Origin: Phoronis australis
Lineage: Eukaryota > Animalia > Phoronida
DNA length: 64,000 nt
Direction: 5' to 3'
NCBI GenBank assembly: GCA_002633005.1
Contig: NMRA01000669.1
Coordinates: 93,054-157,053, forward strand
This document shows positions 49,001 to 59,430 of this stretch, piece by piece; position 1 is the stretch's first letter, and every line of letters begins with the position of its first letter. Made by a program: the position numbers and the translations under genes. A model generated the notes under the pieces. It did no database searches and had not been told where the DNA came from. It worked only from the letters and a program-made list of their open reading frames with translations.

Positions 49001-51056
49001 TGTGGTAACCACGGGGTTTTTCCGTTGAGAGTATTTCAAAAATCATAATTTTTGTGATTTTTCTGGCAATTCCTTCGCATAGGAAAGTGAATTACTCTGT
49101 CCTAGACGTTGCCAGGTCAGTGGTACTTTTGACAGGGATTGTTTAAAAGATATTTTTGACGAGTTTTCACGTTCCAGGCCTCTTCAACATTTAAACTGAA
49201 AAAGATTCATTGAACTACCTACAAGTTTGATTTATCAGGTTTTCAGCAGTAATAACCTAATATACATGTGCCAGTCAATAGCAGTGCTTCAACTGTAGAC
49301 TTGTTGCCGACCAACATTTTAAATCTGTACTCTAGCAAATTTCCAGTTGATTGCCCAACAGAACGTCCCTACAGTAAATTATTTAATGTTCTTGACGTTG
49401 CAGCCACCAAAGTGATATTTTTTCTTTTTCATAACACCAGTGAATGGCAACTTCACTATTGACTTTTTACCTAAAATTACATATTGCCTTCAGGTTATTA
49501 CTCGGAAATGTTTCACATCTTAGCACGTGCGAATAATTTCAGTCACAACAGGAAAGAAGAATTCAGTCAAGCGACGGTTTAAAATATACTGATGTATTGT
49601 TAACAATTGTTTACGCAGCGCATTCGAGCCAGGATATTTTCTATTTCGACAATCACGCTGACTTTGTTGTTATGATCGCATAGCGCAGATAAGAAATTCC
49701 TCTTAGAGATAACTTGAGGACTAGGGAAATACCCGAGGTGTTCCGAGTGGCTCAAACGACGCATCTCTCAGTGGTTTCATATTATTTTACACAAATCACG
49801 TGTCTCGAAAAAATGGAGAATACAGTCGAAAGTGCCCGGATAACCGACATGACTGTTCAAAGCTCGCACGTGCGCAGACATGAAACACCTCCGAGGGTAT
49901 CCGGAGAACCTGCGTTATTTTCGTAACCTCAAATTTCCCTCAAAGAAAAACGATATTTGCGCATATGCCCACTTCACTTCAGTCATGTGATTGCCAAGCT
50001 GAAGAGTGGTTGGCCGCAAGACTGAATAACTGACTTCACATGCTGGCGAAGATAACGATCATGTCTGAAGGGAAATTAGAGACTACGAAAGTATCCATGA
50101 CATTGACTTTTAAAGACGTTTGAGTAAAAAATACAAAGACTTTGAGAATAAAACCATTCCTTCTAACTACTGAGATCAGTATTAAACAGTCTAGATGTTG
50201 TAGTAATTACCTAACTGAGTCTGAGCAACTCTGAAGTGCCGGGGAGAGCAAAAGGCATCAGGCATTCCTAATGATTCGAGAGATAATTTGAGGCTACAGA
50301 AATATCCAAGGTGTTCCAGATGACTAAGTATAGAACCTAGTCTCATCTAATATTAAGACTGAAAAACGAGCCCATATGATCAGATTTTGACCATACTGAG
50401 CAACGACGTGATTGGTATGCATATTTCAGCAGTTCGAGTTGTCAAGTCTCCCGTTTTCTGTGATTTCCTTTCAGAAATGCACAACTACTACTTATTGAAA
50501 ACCTTTATGAGATACGAAAATTGAGAGTACATATTCAAAGTAACCAAAGCATAATGTAGACCTCTAGCGGACATACATGTATGTGAACAGTGACAATGAA
50601 GAACGCAACTTTTATGTTCACGTCCATCATTTACAATATCATAATGACTCCAATTACTCCATTTAACATTAAGACATGCTTCATGAGTTCGGTTACTAGT
50701 AAACCGGTTGACCTTTAGCGTAACGTTGATTGGCCAATCAAGAACCAAATATCAGAGATGTAAGCTCTATCGCTAAGAGAGACTTGGTTCGATAGGCCTA
50801 CCCTTTCTCAAAGCGCCACCTCTTTCGGATCGTATAGCACTGACAAAGAGCGTAATAGAATACAGGCCCGAAGTGCATAAAGTGAAACAGGACTCACCGA
50901 ACAGTCGTCCGATACAGCATATCTATAGCTTACACCACGTGGGTCTTCCTTGTCAGGAACTCTCAGAGTCGTGTCTATAGTAGGGTTTACATTCAGATCT
51001 GTTGTGGAGTCGTTCACAGCGAACCTGTAACTTTGCCCGGCTTTTTCGGCAGCCAT
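18871..51056 (-). CDS. SLC6/NSS sodium- and chloride-dependent amino-acid transporter (GlyT/PROT/ATB0+-like), 14 coding exons, 2136 nt / 711 aa
   Basis: Exons join in frame with GT-AG introns: 51056-50898, 34572-34392, 32352-32221, 31620-31477, 29417-29234, 28466-28334, 27385-27251, 26825-26722, 25798-25674, 23056-22944, 21811-21583, 20899-20799, 20015-19839, 19089-18871. Hallmark motifs: [78 protein letters not shown]. Gly rather than Asp in TM1 indicates an amino-acid, not monoamine, transporter. Cl- site residues are present (TM2 Tyr, TM6 Gln/Ser, TM7 Ser). Confidence 0.95.
19839..20015 (-). CDS. SLC6 coding exon 13 (TM12: [26 protein letters not shown])
   Basis: ttttag acceptor, gtaagg donor, 177 nt, phase 0-0. 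Confidence 0.95.
20799..20899 (-). CDS. SLC6 coding exon 12 (TM11: [12 protein letters not shown]...[15 protein letters not shown])
   Basis: gcgcag acceptor, gtaagt donor, 101 nt, phase 1-0. Confidence 0.94.
21583..21811 (-). CDS. SLC6 coding exon 11 (TM8 end to TM10: FAGLE...[15 protein letters not shown]...WVYG)
   Basis: ttgcag acceptor, gtgagg donor, 229 nt, phase 0-1. Confidence 0.95.
22944..23056 (-). CDS. SLC6 coding exon 10 (EL4/TM8: [37 protein letters not shown])
   Basis: attcag acceptor, gtaagg donor, 113 nt, phase 1-0; not in the ORF track. Confidence 0.96.
25674..25798 (-). CDS. SLC6 coding exon 9 (TM7: [28 protein letters not shown])
   Basis: ccttag acceptor, gtaagt donor, 125 nt, phase 2-1. 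Confidence 0.96.
26412..26571 (+). mobile_element. Family A MITE-like element, 160 bp, 5-bp TSD (GGACC)
   Basis: cagtggcggatttag ... ctggatccgcccctg; ggacc at 26407-26411 and 26572-26576. Confidence 0.88.
26722..26825 (-). CDS. SLC6 coding exon 8 (TM6: [32 protein letters not shown])
   Basis: tttcag acceptor, gtgagc donor, 104 nt, phase 0-2. Confidence 0.96.
27251..27385 (-). CDS. SLC6 coding exon 7 (TM5: [26 protein letters not shown]...)
   Basis: tttcag acceptor, gtaggt donor, 135 nt, phase 0-0. Confidence 0.96.
27496..27790 (+). mobile_element. tRNA-derived SINE head followed or interrupted by a family A-type TIR element (27597-27741)
   Basis: A box tggcctagcgg and B box ggttcgagtcc with tRNA-like spacing; cattggcggatccag...ggacccgccccta insert. 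Confidence 0.65.
28334..28466 (-). CDS. SLC6 coding exon 6 (TM4: [32 protein letters not shown])
   Basis: tatacag acceptor, gtaatg donor, 133 nt, phase 2-0. Confidence 0.95.
29234..29417 (-). CDS. SLC6 coding exon 5 (extracellular loop 2, ends SPSEEYF)
   Basis: ctttag acceptor, gtgagt donor, 184 nt, phase 1-2; sequons NKT, NET, NYT, NLT. Confidence 0.93.
29712..30172. repeat. Degenerate ~31-bp minisatellite
   Basis: Recurrent gtagtcagttggaagtgtgtatcctggtcat variants in the SLC6 intron between exons 4 and 5. Confidence 0.85.
31477..31620 (-). CDS. SLC6 coding exon 4 (TM3: GVGAGM...[12 protein letters not shown]...[13 protein letters not shown])
   Basis: tttcag acceptor, gtaagt donor, 144 nt, phase 1-1. 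Confidence 0.96.
32221..32352 (-). CDS. SLC6 coding exon 3 (TM2: [27 protein letters not shown]...PLFQG)
   Basis: ttttag acceptor, gtaaac donor, 132 nt, phase 1-1; this frame is not in the ORF track. Confidence 0.95.
33355..33525. repeat. Palindromic (hairpin) repeat element
   Basis: cgttatcccc..ttatctggagc..tggattttg..ttatcgcccgaggggc pairs with gccccgagggtgataa..caaaatcca..gctctagataagggggttaacg. Confidence 0.8.
34065..34200 (+). mobile_element. Degenerate tRNA-derived SINE head
   Basis: A-box-like gtgtagtagtaa and B box gggttcgaaacc; no intact cloverleaf. Confidence 0.4.
34392..34572 (-). CDS. SLC6 coding exon 2 (TM1: [37 protein letters not shown])
   Basis: ttttctag acceptor, gtgagt donor, 181 nt, phase 0-1; NSS signature motif. 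Confidence 0.97.
36045..37015. repeat. Cluster of related repeat fragments in both orientations (gattggactat...gattaagca subrepeats)
   Basis: Direct copies at ~36380-36560 and ~36900-37015; inverted fragments at ~36045-36135 and ~36720-36880. Confidence 0.75.
37190..37309 (+). mobile_element. 3' part of the family A + B composite element
   Basis: Colinear with ~17665-17784 across the B/A junction; ends ctggatccgcccctg. Confidence 0.75.
37345..37590 (-). pseudogene. THAP zinc-finger relic (transposon-derived), copy 1
   Basis: KRCVCGGC...MFKFPK...QKCHRFVRR...[11 protein letters not shown] fits THAP C-x4-C / FP / W / CSxHF, with W-to-C and C-to-Y substitutions. Confidence 0.8.
37985..38395 (+). 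mobile_element. Internally deleted transposase relic with a C-terminal Cys-rich (CXC/tesmin-like) domain, Academ-like
   Basis: Frameshifted fragments: [20 protein letters not shown]; SLIDHSW; [10 protein letters not shown] / [19 protein letters not shown]. Confidence 0.55.
38948..39325. other. Assembly gap (N run)
   Basis: Continuous Ns. Confidence 1.
39326..39470 (-). pseudogene. THAP zinc-finger relic, copy 2 (frameshifted, cut by the gap)
   Basis: [20 protein letters not shown] / [20 protein letters not shown], paralogous to copy 1. Confidence 0.75.
41440..41752 (-). repeat. Inverted copy of 36203-36480
   Basis: The reverse complement aligns to gaattatgcc...gttgctataagta..ttttgtgca.agagggacacctta...tggactat...gttgaataagagca. 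Confidence 0.85.
46158..47020 (+). mobile_element. Decayed, internally deleted Tc1/mariner-superfamily element (DDD-type, maT-like)
   Basis: TA + CAGGGTGTCC left end; HTH-like [39 protein letters not shown]; catalytic fragments FQQD..TPHTA and [17 protein letters not shown]. No right TIR was found. Confidence 0.85.
50898..51056 (-). CDS. SLC6 coding exon 1 (cytoplasmic N-terminus [14 protein letters not shown]...DDCS)
   Basis: tttcag acceptor (exon starts 51064), ATG at 51056, 53 codons, gtgagt donor in phase 0 matching exon 2. No family motif is present, so the assignment rests on splice signals and phase. Confidence 0.7.
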
Positions 51057-52154
51057 AACTTAATCTGAAAATGAATGTGATGACTAGAGTATTCGAGTAG
51101 GCCCGCTGAATTGGTTCCAAAGAATGGTGTTTCCTTGTGCTTTTTTATTTCCGCCGCTTGTGAAATAAATGTCGGTGAGTTAGGAATGTTGAGTTATAAA
51201 TTAGTCTTGTGTCCGTTCCATAATTAAGCGAAGACTTATCGAGTGCTTTGCTAGAGCGACTACCGGATTCGATCGTGTCAAATTTTAAACTTTTATCTGT
51301 ATTTTATTGTTTGTGTAACCCAAAGTGCTATTGACCTCGATCTATATCGAGTCACTTGTGCTACGGTATATTTTATCTTTTGATTTATCGTTGCTGTTCG
51401 TAGTTTTTCAACTGTTTTCCCCGTATTTCCGGCTACTGATTATCCATTCATTCACCATTATGAACAGCCATGACAATTAATTTGACTGTACGGAAATAAC
51501 TTTGACTCAGTGATCTATTATTTTGTGATCAGGTGACCTTGACATTGTTGGAATCATCTCCGCTTTGCCACATCCACCGTCTTTGAGTCAAATGCCCACT
51601 TTAGTGTCTGATGTTAGCAAACAGCGCAAGGGTTGAATCAGTCTAAGATTTTGAATTATTGGATCCGAGCTACATGTAAAACAAAAAAAAAATAACCTAT
51701 GGGTTCAATTTTTAAGGACAGGGCGATACCTGGCCATGTTTTCAAGTTGTGAGGATGAAATTGTTCTAAATGCAGGTCTTCAAAGTTTTTGTACCCGTAC
51801 TTAACGTATAAACGTATACTGATTTCAAACTAAGACGACATGAGCACTGCTGTTAAAACGAGTTCGCACTTGATAGGCCTACTCTGTAGTAACGGTGTTA
51901 AGGCTTCGAGATATACATATACATGTATGGGACTTCTCCAACGGGTACCATTGAAAGCAACTCCTGCTCGGTGAATCTAAAGAAGGATCAGGGACATAAA
52001 ACTACATGAATTATATAACTGAGGTTTGCCTGTCGACGGTTATAAGCTGGTAACGCAACTATTGCCTGCTGTGTTGGGTAGTAAACGAATACGTACGGCA
52101 ATATTATGACGAAGTTGGGGATTGGAGAAGCAAATACGTGCCAACGGTACTCAC

Positions 52155-52300
52155 CGATGATTTCTAGGGCCTAAGTGTCGCAGTTAGTTCACGTGCAGCG
52201 TAGGCCTACTTATGTGGTCCTTGAGCCGGTTGCTCTTCAGCTGTATACCCAGTCTGCAGTGGAACTCGTCTATCCAAATTTAAATGTGACTCAAGCCTCA
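52155..52300 (-). promoter_or_regulatory. Candidate non-coding first exon / promoter region of the SLC6 gene
   Basis: Consensus g|gtgagt donor at 52154, about 1.1 kb upstream of the acceptor of the ATG exon. The 5' boundary is a guess. Confidence 0.3.
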
Positions 52301-54744
52301 TTGTTCAGTGTACATTCACTCTATTGTGTTATGTTTGCGTTGGGTTAACCATCTGAATGGCTACTTTTCTGAAAGCGGTGTAAAGTGCGACATCTATTGA
52401 CTATAGGCGAGCATCACCGGGAGTTAAGGGCTACCGCAGACGGCGAGCTAAGAGCTGAGCTGACTGCCCCAAGTACACAAAAAGTGACAGGGTAGACGGG
52501 GAGTTATGCGCGTCGAATAAAAATAAACTCAGCTCAAAGCTCACGTCTTCTTCAAAATGAAGGGTAAGGATTTTACCTTATTTTTGTTAATTATAGTCCT
52601 CGGGCAAAACATGTGACAGAAAAAATGCAGATCTATTCATTTGGGAGTTTAAAACATGTGCATTAAAGAAAGAAGATTTTATTTTTTTTTTGCGAAAGAA
52701 CGAGAGATCTCGAATGTTTCTATCAACCACGCTTTTTCAGTTTGCGTAGACTCTATAGTTATCCGTAGCCTATTTGGTTTCTAGTGTGATCGAAATTTCG
52801 GGGTCACTTTAGCGTAAAAATTACCCTATTTACATGTGTGTTGCTAATTAATGTTATAAATAAACTAATAATTCATATTTCTCTATATGATCAACTTAGC
52901 GCATTCATGTGAAGCCTAAACTATCCAAAAATATCATTTGACCCGAGGCCCATGGTCGACCACTTGGGTACAAACGCCAATTTCTGAATATCATGATTCT
53001 ACACGCCTGTCACAAAAAGCTAAAACGTTAAGTTTTCAGTCAAAATTTAAACAACTACAGATTCTCTTCTAACTTGTTGCTGAATGCTATTGTCCAAATT
53101 TTTCAGATCCCGCGTTTAAACAGAAATCGCGTGACAGACGAACAGAAAAATTGTACACCAGTCCCATAAAAGTACAATTTTTCGCCTATAAAAATCACCT
53201 TAGGTCCTATTTTTACCGACTTTTCAACTTTGCAGAAGATGCAATTTGTCTCACACCCATGAACCCAAAACGCTTAAATATTACTATGACAGCTATGAAA
53301 TCAAGAAAAAAATTGCCAGGGATTCAAACTAGATGCACTGGATTTTTCAATTGCAGAAATATTTTCTGAAAATTTATATTTTTCAGTGTTATGTAGTTAT
53401 TCTTAACAGAACTCAACTTGCTAGACAGATGGGCCATATTATAAATATAAACATAAATAGAAATACAAATAGAAATAAAACAAAACGTTAATTTAATTAA
53501 CTTATTCATTGTTGCTGCCCAGTGTCTGTAAAGATATTTTTAGTTTTTGGAAAATTGAAGGAGCAAAAAGTATTTATATGAAAGACTTCCTGGGGTGCTC
53601 TGGAGTTCAAAATAACAAGAAACCTAACGGATACATGTCAAGTTGCTGTTCTGCTGAAATCAACTGTTCTTTCCGCTTTGACCCGCTATGCCACATTTTG
53701 TGTTGATGTGACCTACCTTATTTTAATACGCAATGAAGGTGTGACAAAATGCTTTTTTGCTTGGTGATTTTCAGTGTCTTGGGTGGCTTTTACGAATTTA
53801 TTTCATAGTAAATTAATACATAGTCTCATTTTACATATTTTCGGCAAAACAAAAATCTTAAGCTAGCAAATTTTTAAGAAAGATTATTTTTTGCTGAGCT
53901 TTGAAAATATTGAACCAGCGTTTGGAAACGAGAGATGGAATTGTTGGATACCTAGTGAAGAACAGATGCTGACTAGGAGAGGACAACATATCAGCTGGAA
54001 TGATCTCTGGAACTCGGAAAATGCCAGCATTGATCAAGAAATTCACAAAAGTATGTACGTGAACCGTGATGAGACTTTAACCCCTCTCTTTAAAATTGAA
54101 ATGAGGACACGAGTTAAAATGCTGAATGAAAAGCTAAGCAAGCTAATCTCAAATAAAGACCAGCATCTGACAATTTTATTAGCTCCTCATATTTATTAAT
54201 CATAATCCTAAATTTGATGTTATTTCTATGTCTTCCTTCACGCTGCAAGACAACTCTTGTTTTCTTGATAAAAATATGAAGGCCATTAGTCGATGCTGTC
54301 AACTAAACCGTGCTGAACCAATTGTCTACTTCACATTTAATTATCCGAAGATAATGGAGTCCTGTTACTAATACCATTAAAACATCATATTTATGATTAA
54401 CATCGACATGTGTATGTACATGGCCAATGTAAAAAGGTATTTACAAGCTTAGGGGAAGTCCTAATTAAAAATGCACTTGTATTGCAAAGGTGATTAGTAA
54501 TGTTTTAAACTCTAGTTCACATTCTAGATTCAGGAAGACCACATTTGCTTATTGTTTTAAAATTGTATTCTACTTAACACAAAAAAATTTTTCCTGAATA
54601 CCCAACAGTTGTGAAATACAACATAATTCTCATTCGCATTGCCAATCATATTGCTTACCATCTTCGAAAAGAAGCGAGGACTTCAGGAACTAAAAATCGT
54701 TCTATATCATTCATTAAATTTGTTGAAAAGTTAAACTCCCACAG

Positions 54745-54915
54745 CTGATTTCATAAAAGTTAAACCTGGTTTAAACTGGACTTAGACCAGTCTAAGTCAG
54801 TTTTCATTTCACCACTATTTTCCGTAGACCTGTATTAACATCTTAAACCAGGTTTAACTTTAGACTTGGTCAGACCCAGGTTTAACATTAGACTTGGTCA
54901 GACCCAGGTTTAATG
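54745..54915. repeat. aaacc(a/t)ggttt-rich repeat with a 28-bp tandem duplication; related tract at ~56270-56570
   Basis: ccaggtttaac.ttagacttggtcagac x2.3 and recurrent aaaccaggttt motifs. Confidence 0.55.
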
Positions 54916-55009
54916 CTCTTAAATATTACAGACTTGCACGGTATAGTTGCCAGCTGAANCGATTTTCAATTTTCAGATTTACGACGACACAAGATCAAAA
55001 TTAATGTAA

Positions 55010-55169
55010 CAGGGGAGAATGTAGGATTTTTAAAGGGGGTGGGGGGATCGGCTCAAGGATTTTTAAAAGGACGGTCTGGGTCAACAATTTAAAAATTATA
55101 GATTTGATATCGTTAAAATCAAGGAAAAAAGAGGGTCCTGATTCCTTGACCCCCCTGGATCCGGCTATG
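55010..55169 (-). mobile_element. Family A-type TIR element, degenerate (related to 27597-27741)
   Basis: cagggg...ccccctggatccggctatg; reverse complement resembles the 27597 copy. Confidence 0.6.
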
Positions 55170-56385
55170 CGTAGATCAGTAAGTGTTAAAGGGTGTCCGG
55201 CGGATTCCTCAGAATACGACTGGTCGAGCAGAGCGTCATCGTCGTAAGCGCTACGCGTAAGACTGAAGTCGGCATCTTCTGATTCTTTTGACCGAGTTCC
55301 ACCTCAATTGGTTCCCGATATATGTTGCCGGGCGAAGTCCTGCCCCTCCCTTTGGCCGCAAAAATAAACAATGAAATGTTACGGAAATAAATGTTTGAAT
55401 TTACTTTGTTGCGGTTAATCGTGAGCAAGTAGGCCTAATGTATGTAGGTGTGTTGGACACAGACATTACACAATGAAAAATATCCCTCATGATATTATTA
55501 TGATGCATAACTTAACTGGAAAATGTATAGTGGAGTCTGTTAGTTTGTACTCCACGACACTAAGCAGGTGTTGTTTTTATTTCAGGGATTGTGATCAAGG
55601 AGCAGAGTAATGCTAATGCAAGATTTATAGTAAAAGAGACAGGCACCAGGTTCCGAAAAGCTGCCGACACTAGGGAGGGAGGACGAAAACTGTGTTTGGC
55701 TGCCAGAGTTGCTGCCCCCTCCACTAACAAGCCCGTGACAGTTTTGTAAAAAATAATTAGTTGCTTAGTTTTGATGTAGATAATTTATCATTTTTGTAAG
55801 TATTTTACCTTATCACGTTTCATAGTAATAAAAGTATTAAAGAATACCCTAGATCTGCCACTGGGTCGATCCTTCGGCGTTTTCCTGTTCAATTTTGTCA
55901 CTGGTGAAATTTTCTTTCTGGCCTTTATTTTCAGTGATACCGTTTAACCGTTTGTCGCTGTATTTCTCCGATTGTGGGATCTGTGCATCCAGTCTGGACC
56001 AATATCTCTCTAAGTCTGCTGCTTACATTGACTTGATTTGGCACCAGTTTTCTTGTTTTCAATGGCATTGGCTTTTTCTCTTATCAGTTATGGGCGGGAA
56101 CACTTTTCCTCGTGAGAAAAGATTTTAGCCCTTTTTCGCAAATGTCTGGACTGATTCTACTGCTGTGTGCCATTATACATGTATACCCACGTGATCAAGG
56201 TTTCTTTGAATCACTTCAATACCATTCTTTGTGGCGTTAATCTAGATTGATGAGTAATGAGGGTGGCTTAGATCCTGGTTTTACTAAATCCGCTTTCAGG
56301 TCTAACAAAACCAGGCTTTCAGATTTTTAAACCACGTTGGTGAAATGCAAGTTATGTTTAAAATTAGACCAGTTTAGGAAGATCA

Positions 56386-56526
56386 GGCGTGCGTTCAGTA
56401 GACGCTAGGACCTAGCTAAAACCTAGTCAAAGTCACGTGTTCTCATTTAAAATGCACGGCAATTTCTCACGTAATCTCGCGAAGTCTTGCTCTTTAGCGA
56501 GGTCCTAGCGTTAATGAACGGGAGGC
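56386..56526. mobile_element. Short MITE-like inverted-repeat element
   Basis: cgttcagtagacgctaggacctagctaaa ... tttagcgaggtcctagcgttaatgaacg. Confidence 0.65.
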
Positions 56527-57610
56527 AGGTTTAAGTCTTATACCTGGTTTTATTAAACCACCTGTATGAAATCGGTTGCTAGAGTACATTCTCAGCATAG
56601 ACTTACTTGAGGTGATGATCTCGAACAACAGGTCAGTCGCTGTATTTTGATTCAAAAGCTTGAATCAGTAGCAAAAGACCAATGTAGCTTTAACAATGGA
56701 ATTTGAGTTATTCTGAATTAATATCTTAGCCAAAACAAATTTAATACTAGAAATTCAGTGCGCACGTCCGTTACACTCGGTACTAAAGTTACTTTTAGAG
56801 TTACATCATGTAACAAAAAATCCTAGACATATAAAATATAAATGTGATGCACTTAACAAACATTGCGATCATGAAAATAAAATAAAATGTATTTTTTAAA
56901 ACTCTCAGGAAATTAACGTTAAAAGGATATCTTAAAAATTAAAAATTTCTGTATCCGTCTGTCACGCCCTTGTGAAAGCAGTTTCCGTCAGGTCAGACAA
57001 AATGATAGATGACAAACACTTTCACTACTATCATGGGAATCTAACATAGAAGTATTATTTTTCGAAGATGAATTTTTTGTCACTGACAAATGTAATTGGC
57101 CAAAGGTAAAACAGTCTAAATCATACTGTATGCTAGATTTTTGACAAGAGGCAAGCTCACGCTGCAAGCTTTTTGTGTGATACTTTGGCAGTACTTTCCC
57201 TTAAGTTCTTAAAAAATCGTAGGCCCGCTTCGAATTCGTGGTCGTCATTTTTCTTTAGTTCACGAACCGTCCCTGGTCATAGGAAATGGGGACAGACTTA
57301 ACGTGCTCGCCAAAACACTACTCCCGTGCTAGTGACCACCAAGTTCGAGCCCCCCCCCCCATCACGGTCGTCACCAAACGTACCTCGCCTGATCAGCTAA
57401 GTGTAAACAAGGTGTGACTGGAGGAACAACAACCGCTAACTTGGAATAGACGTAAACCTCGAAATTTATTTTTAAAACTTAACAATTACATGCCGATTTC
57501 TAGAAAATAATTCAAATTTTGTGTACCATAACATCAGAATGACAGTGAAGCAATTTTGTCACCAATTCACTTTTGTAGAACAATTATGTGTCACACACCC
57601 GTTTTTTATA

Positions 57611-57830
57611 CCTTCACTATACAAAAGTTTTACACGTACAATAAATGACACAGACCTTCGCTATACAAAAGTTTTATACGTACAATAAATGACATAGACC
57701 TTCGCTATACAAAAGTTTTACACGTACAATAAATGACACAGACCTTCACTATACAAAAGTTTTATACGTACAATAAATGACATAGACCTTCGCTATACAA
57801 AAGTTTTACATGTACAATAAATGACATAGG
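57611..57830. repeat. Minisatellite, 44-bp unit x5
   Basis: ccttc(a/g)ctatacaaaagtttta(c/t)acgtacaataaatgaca(c/t)aga at 57611, 57655, 57699, 57743, 57787. Confidence 0.96.
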
Positions 57831-58209
57831 CATCCCAGACCAGCTGCATGCTCAACCAATCAATGAAATCTTCATAACACACACCGCCCTATTCCAACCT
57901 ACAAACAAAGTGAACCTGATACTAACTGCAAAAATACTCAGTGCAGAGTGAAAGGGCCGAGCACAGATTTAAGTCCCATTTATTTGAGATTTAAAAGTGA
58001 ATTGGGGATTTTTTCTGGAACAGTTATCATTTATCACACACACGCAAAAGATTAAACTTTTCGGATTTTTTCAGTTGCTGAAAAAGGACTTCCATGAACG
58101 AGTCTTAAGTCAGCTAAAGTAACAAAGGCAATCATTTCAACTCCTTTGAACTAGTTTGGCAAAAACCAAGTTTGGAACATGAGCAAAATGAACAATTCCT
58201 GATTCAATG

Positions 58210-58295
58210 CGGTGGCGGATTTAGAGGGGGGAGGCCAAGGGGGCCATGGCTCCCTAAGATTCTCCCAGCTTCCATTTGACAGTTGTATGTCACCA
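58210..58295 (+). mobile_element. Family A element, 5' fragment
   Basis: cggtggcggatttagagggggg..ggggccatggctccctaa..ccatttgacagtt matches the 17475 and 26412 copies. Confidence 0.75.
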
Positions 58296-59140
58296 GCACA
58301 GCACAATACAATGCAATACAATAAGATGCATGATATAATCGGACAAAATTCTGCTTCCATCATGACATGTAGAGATCCCTCATGACAGGTCATTCTAGGG
58401 AGCACTTTGAAAGTAAAATCCACTTCCTCTCAGCTGCCAAGACAAAAAAAAATCCTGGCGATATTGTTTGATCACTTGAGGTCTGAACTGTATTAGGACT
58501 GCAATGTACTGTACATGTGGGTGAACTTATAGAGAGGAATTTTGCCTTTAGTTTTTCAATTGTTTCATGAGATTTAATAAACTTGTACTATAACCACCAG
58601 AAGATCTCCCCAAGTCACAACTGATTCCCTCCCAGCAGCGCACTTACACAAACACGAGCACATGAATTTGGTAAAGCTCTTAAGAAGTAATAGACAGTAA
58701 ACAAGTACAGCAGGATATCATTATACCTAAGGTTGCATTTCGCCATGTTTAGCTGGATAAAAAAAATCGGTTTGGGAATTTTACTGTCAGGAAATCGGTC
58801 CTGTAATATTTCTTACTCTAGTCACACACAATGCCTATATTGTACTATTTTCGAATTCACAATTTTAGAGCAGACCAACTCCAATAAAATCTGAAGCGTG
58901 TTCTTTAGATGCCGATGGTTTTGATGATCATGTTGGCAATTCGGAAATATAATCCTATCACGGAAAGGTATGTTATGAGATGGGTTTTCTAGAGGTACAC
59001 AGCCTAACTTTTCATTTAAAGTGAACTTTACAGGACGAAATGTTGCCTTAGTGTGGATCACCATTCAGTTAATTATACATAGATATGGATCAGCATTCAA
59101 TTAATACATATGTATTCAATGTGACCATTTTAGACAACAC

Positions 59141-59430
59141 TATTTAAGATGGGAAAGTGGCACTATTCCACATCCCATAACTATCTACAACATAACATAT
59201 TTAAGATGGGATAGTGGCACTATTCCACATCCCATAACTATCTACAACATAACATATTTAAGATGGGAAAGTGGCACTATTCCACATCCCATAACTATCT
59301 ACAACATAACATATTTAAGATGGGATAGTGGCACTGTTCCACATCCCATAACTATCTACAACATAACATATTTAAGATGGGATAGTGGCACTGTTCCACA
59401 TCCCATTACTATCTACAACATAACATATTT
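59141..59430. repeat. Minisatellite, 57-bp unit x5, each unit with an internal hairpin
   Basis: tatttaagatggga(a/t)agtggcact(a/g)ttccacatcccataactatctacaacataaca at 59141, 59198, 59255, 59312, 59369. Confidence 0.96.

Noticed and set aside
53891-54199. 102-aa plus-strand ORF
   Set aside because: Non-ATG start, no recognisable motif, and embedded in repeat-like AT-rich sequence.
59312-59410. Iron-responsive elements (CAGUG in hairpin loops, five hairpins as in TfR mRNA)
   Set aside because: Only two units have CAGUG. The five bases flanking CAGUGN do not pair (UGGAA vs CACUA) and there is no C bulge, so it is not a canonical IRE.
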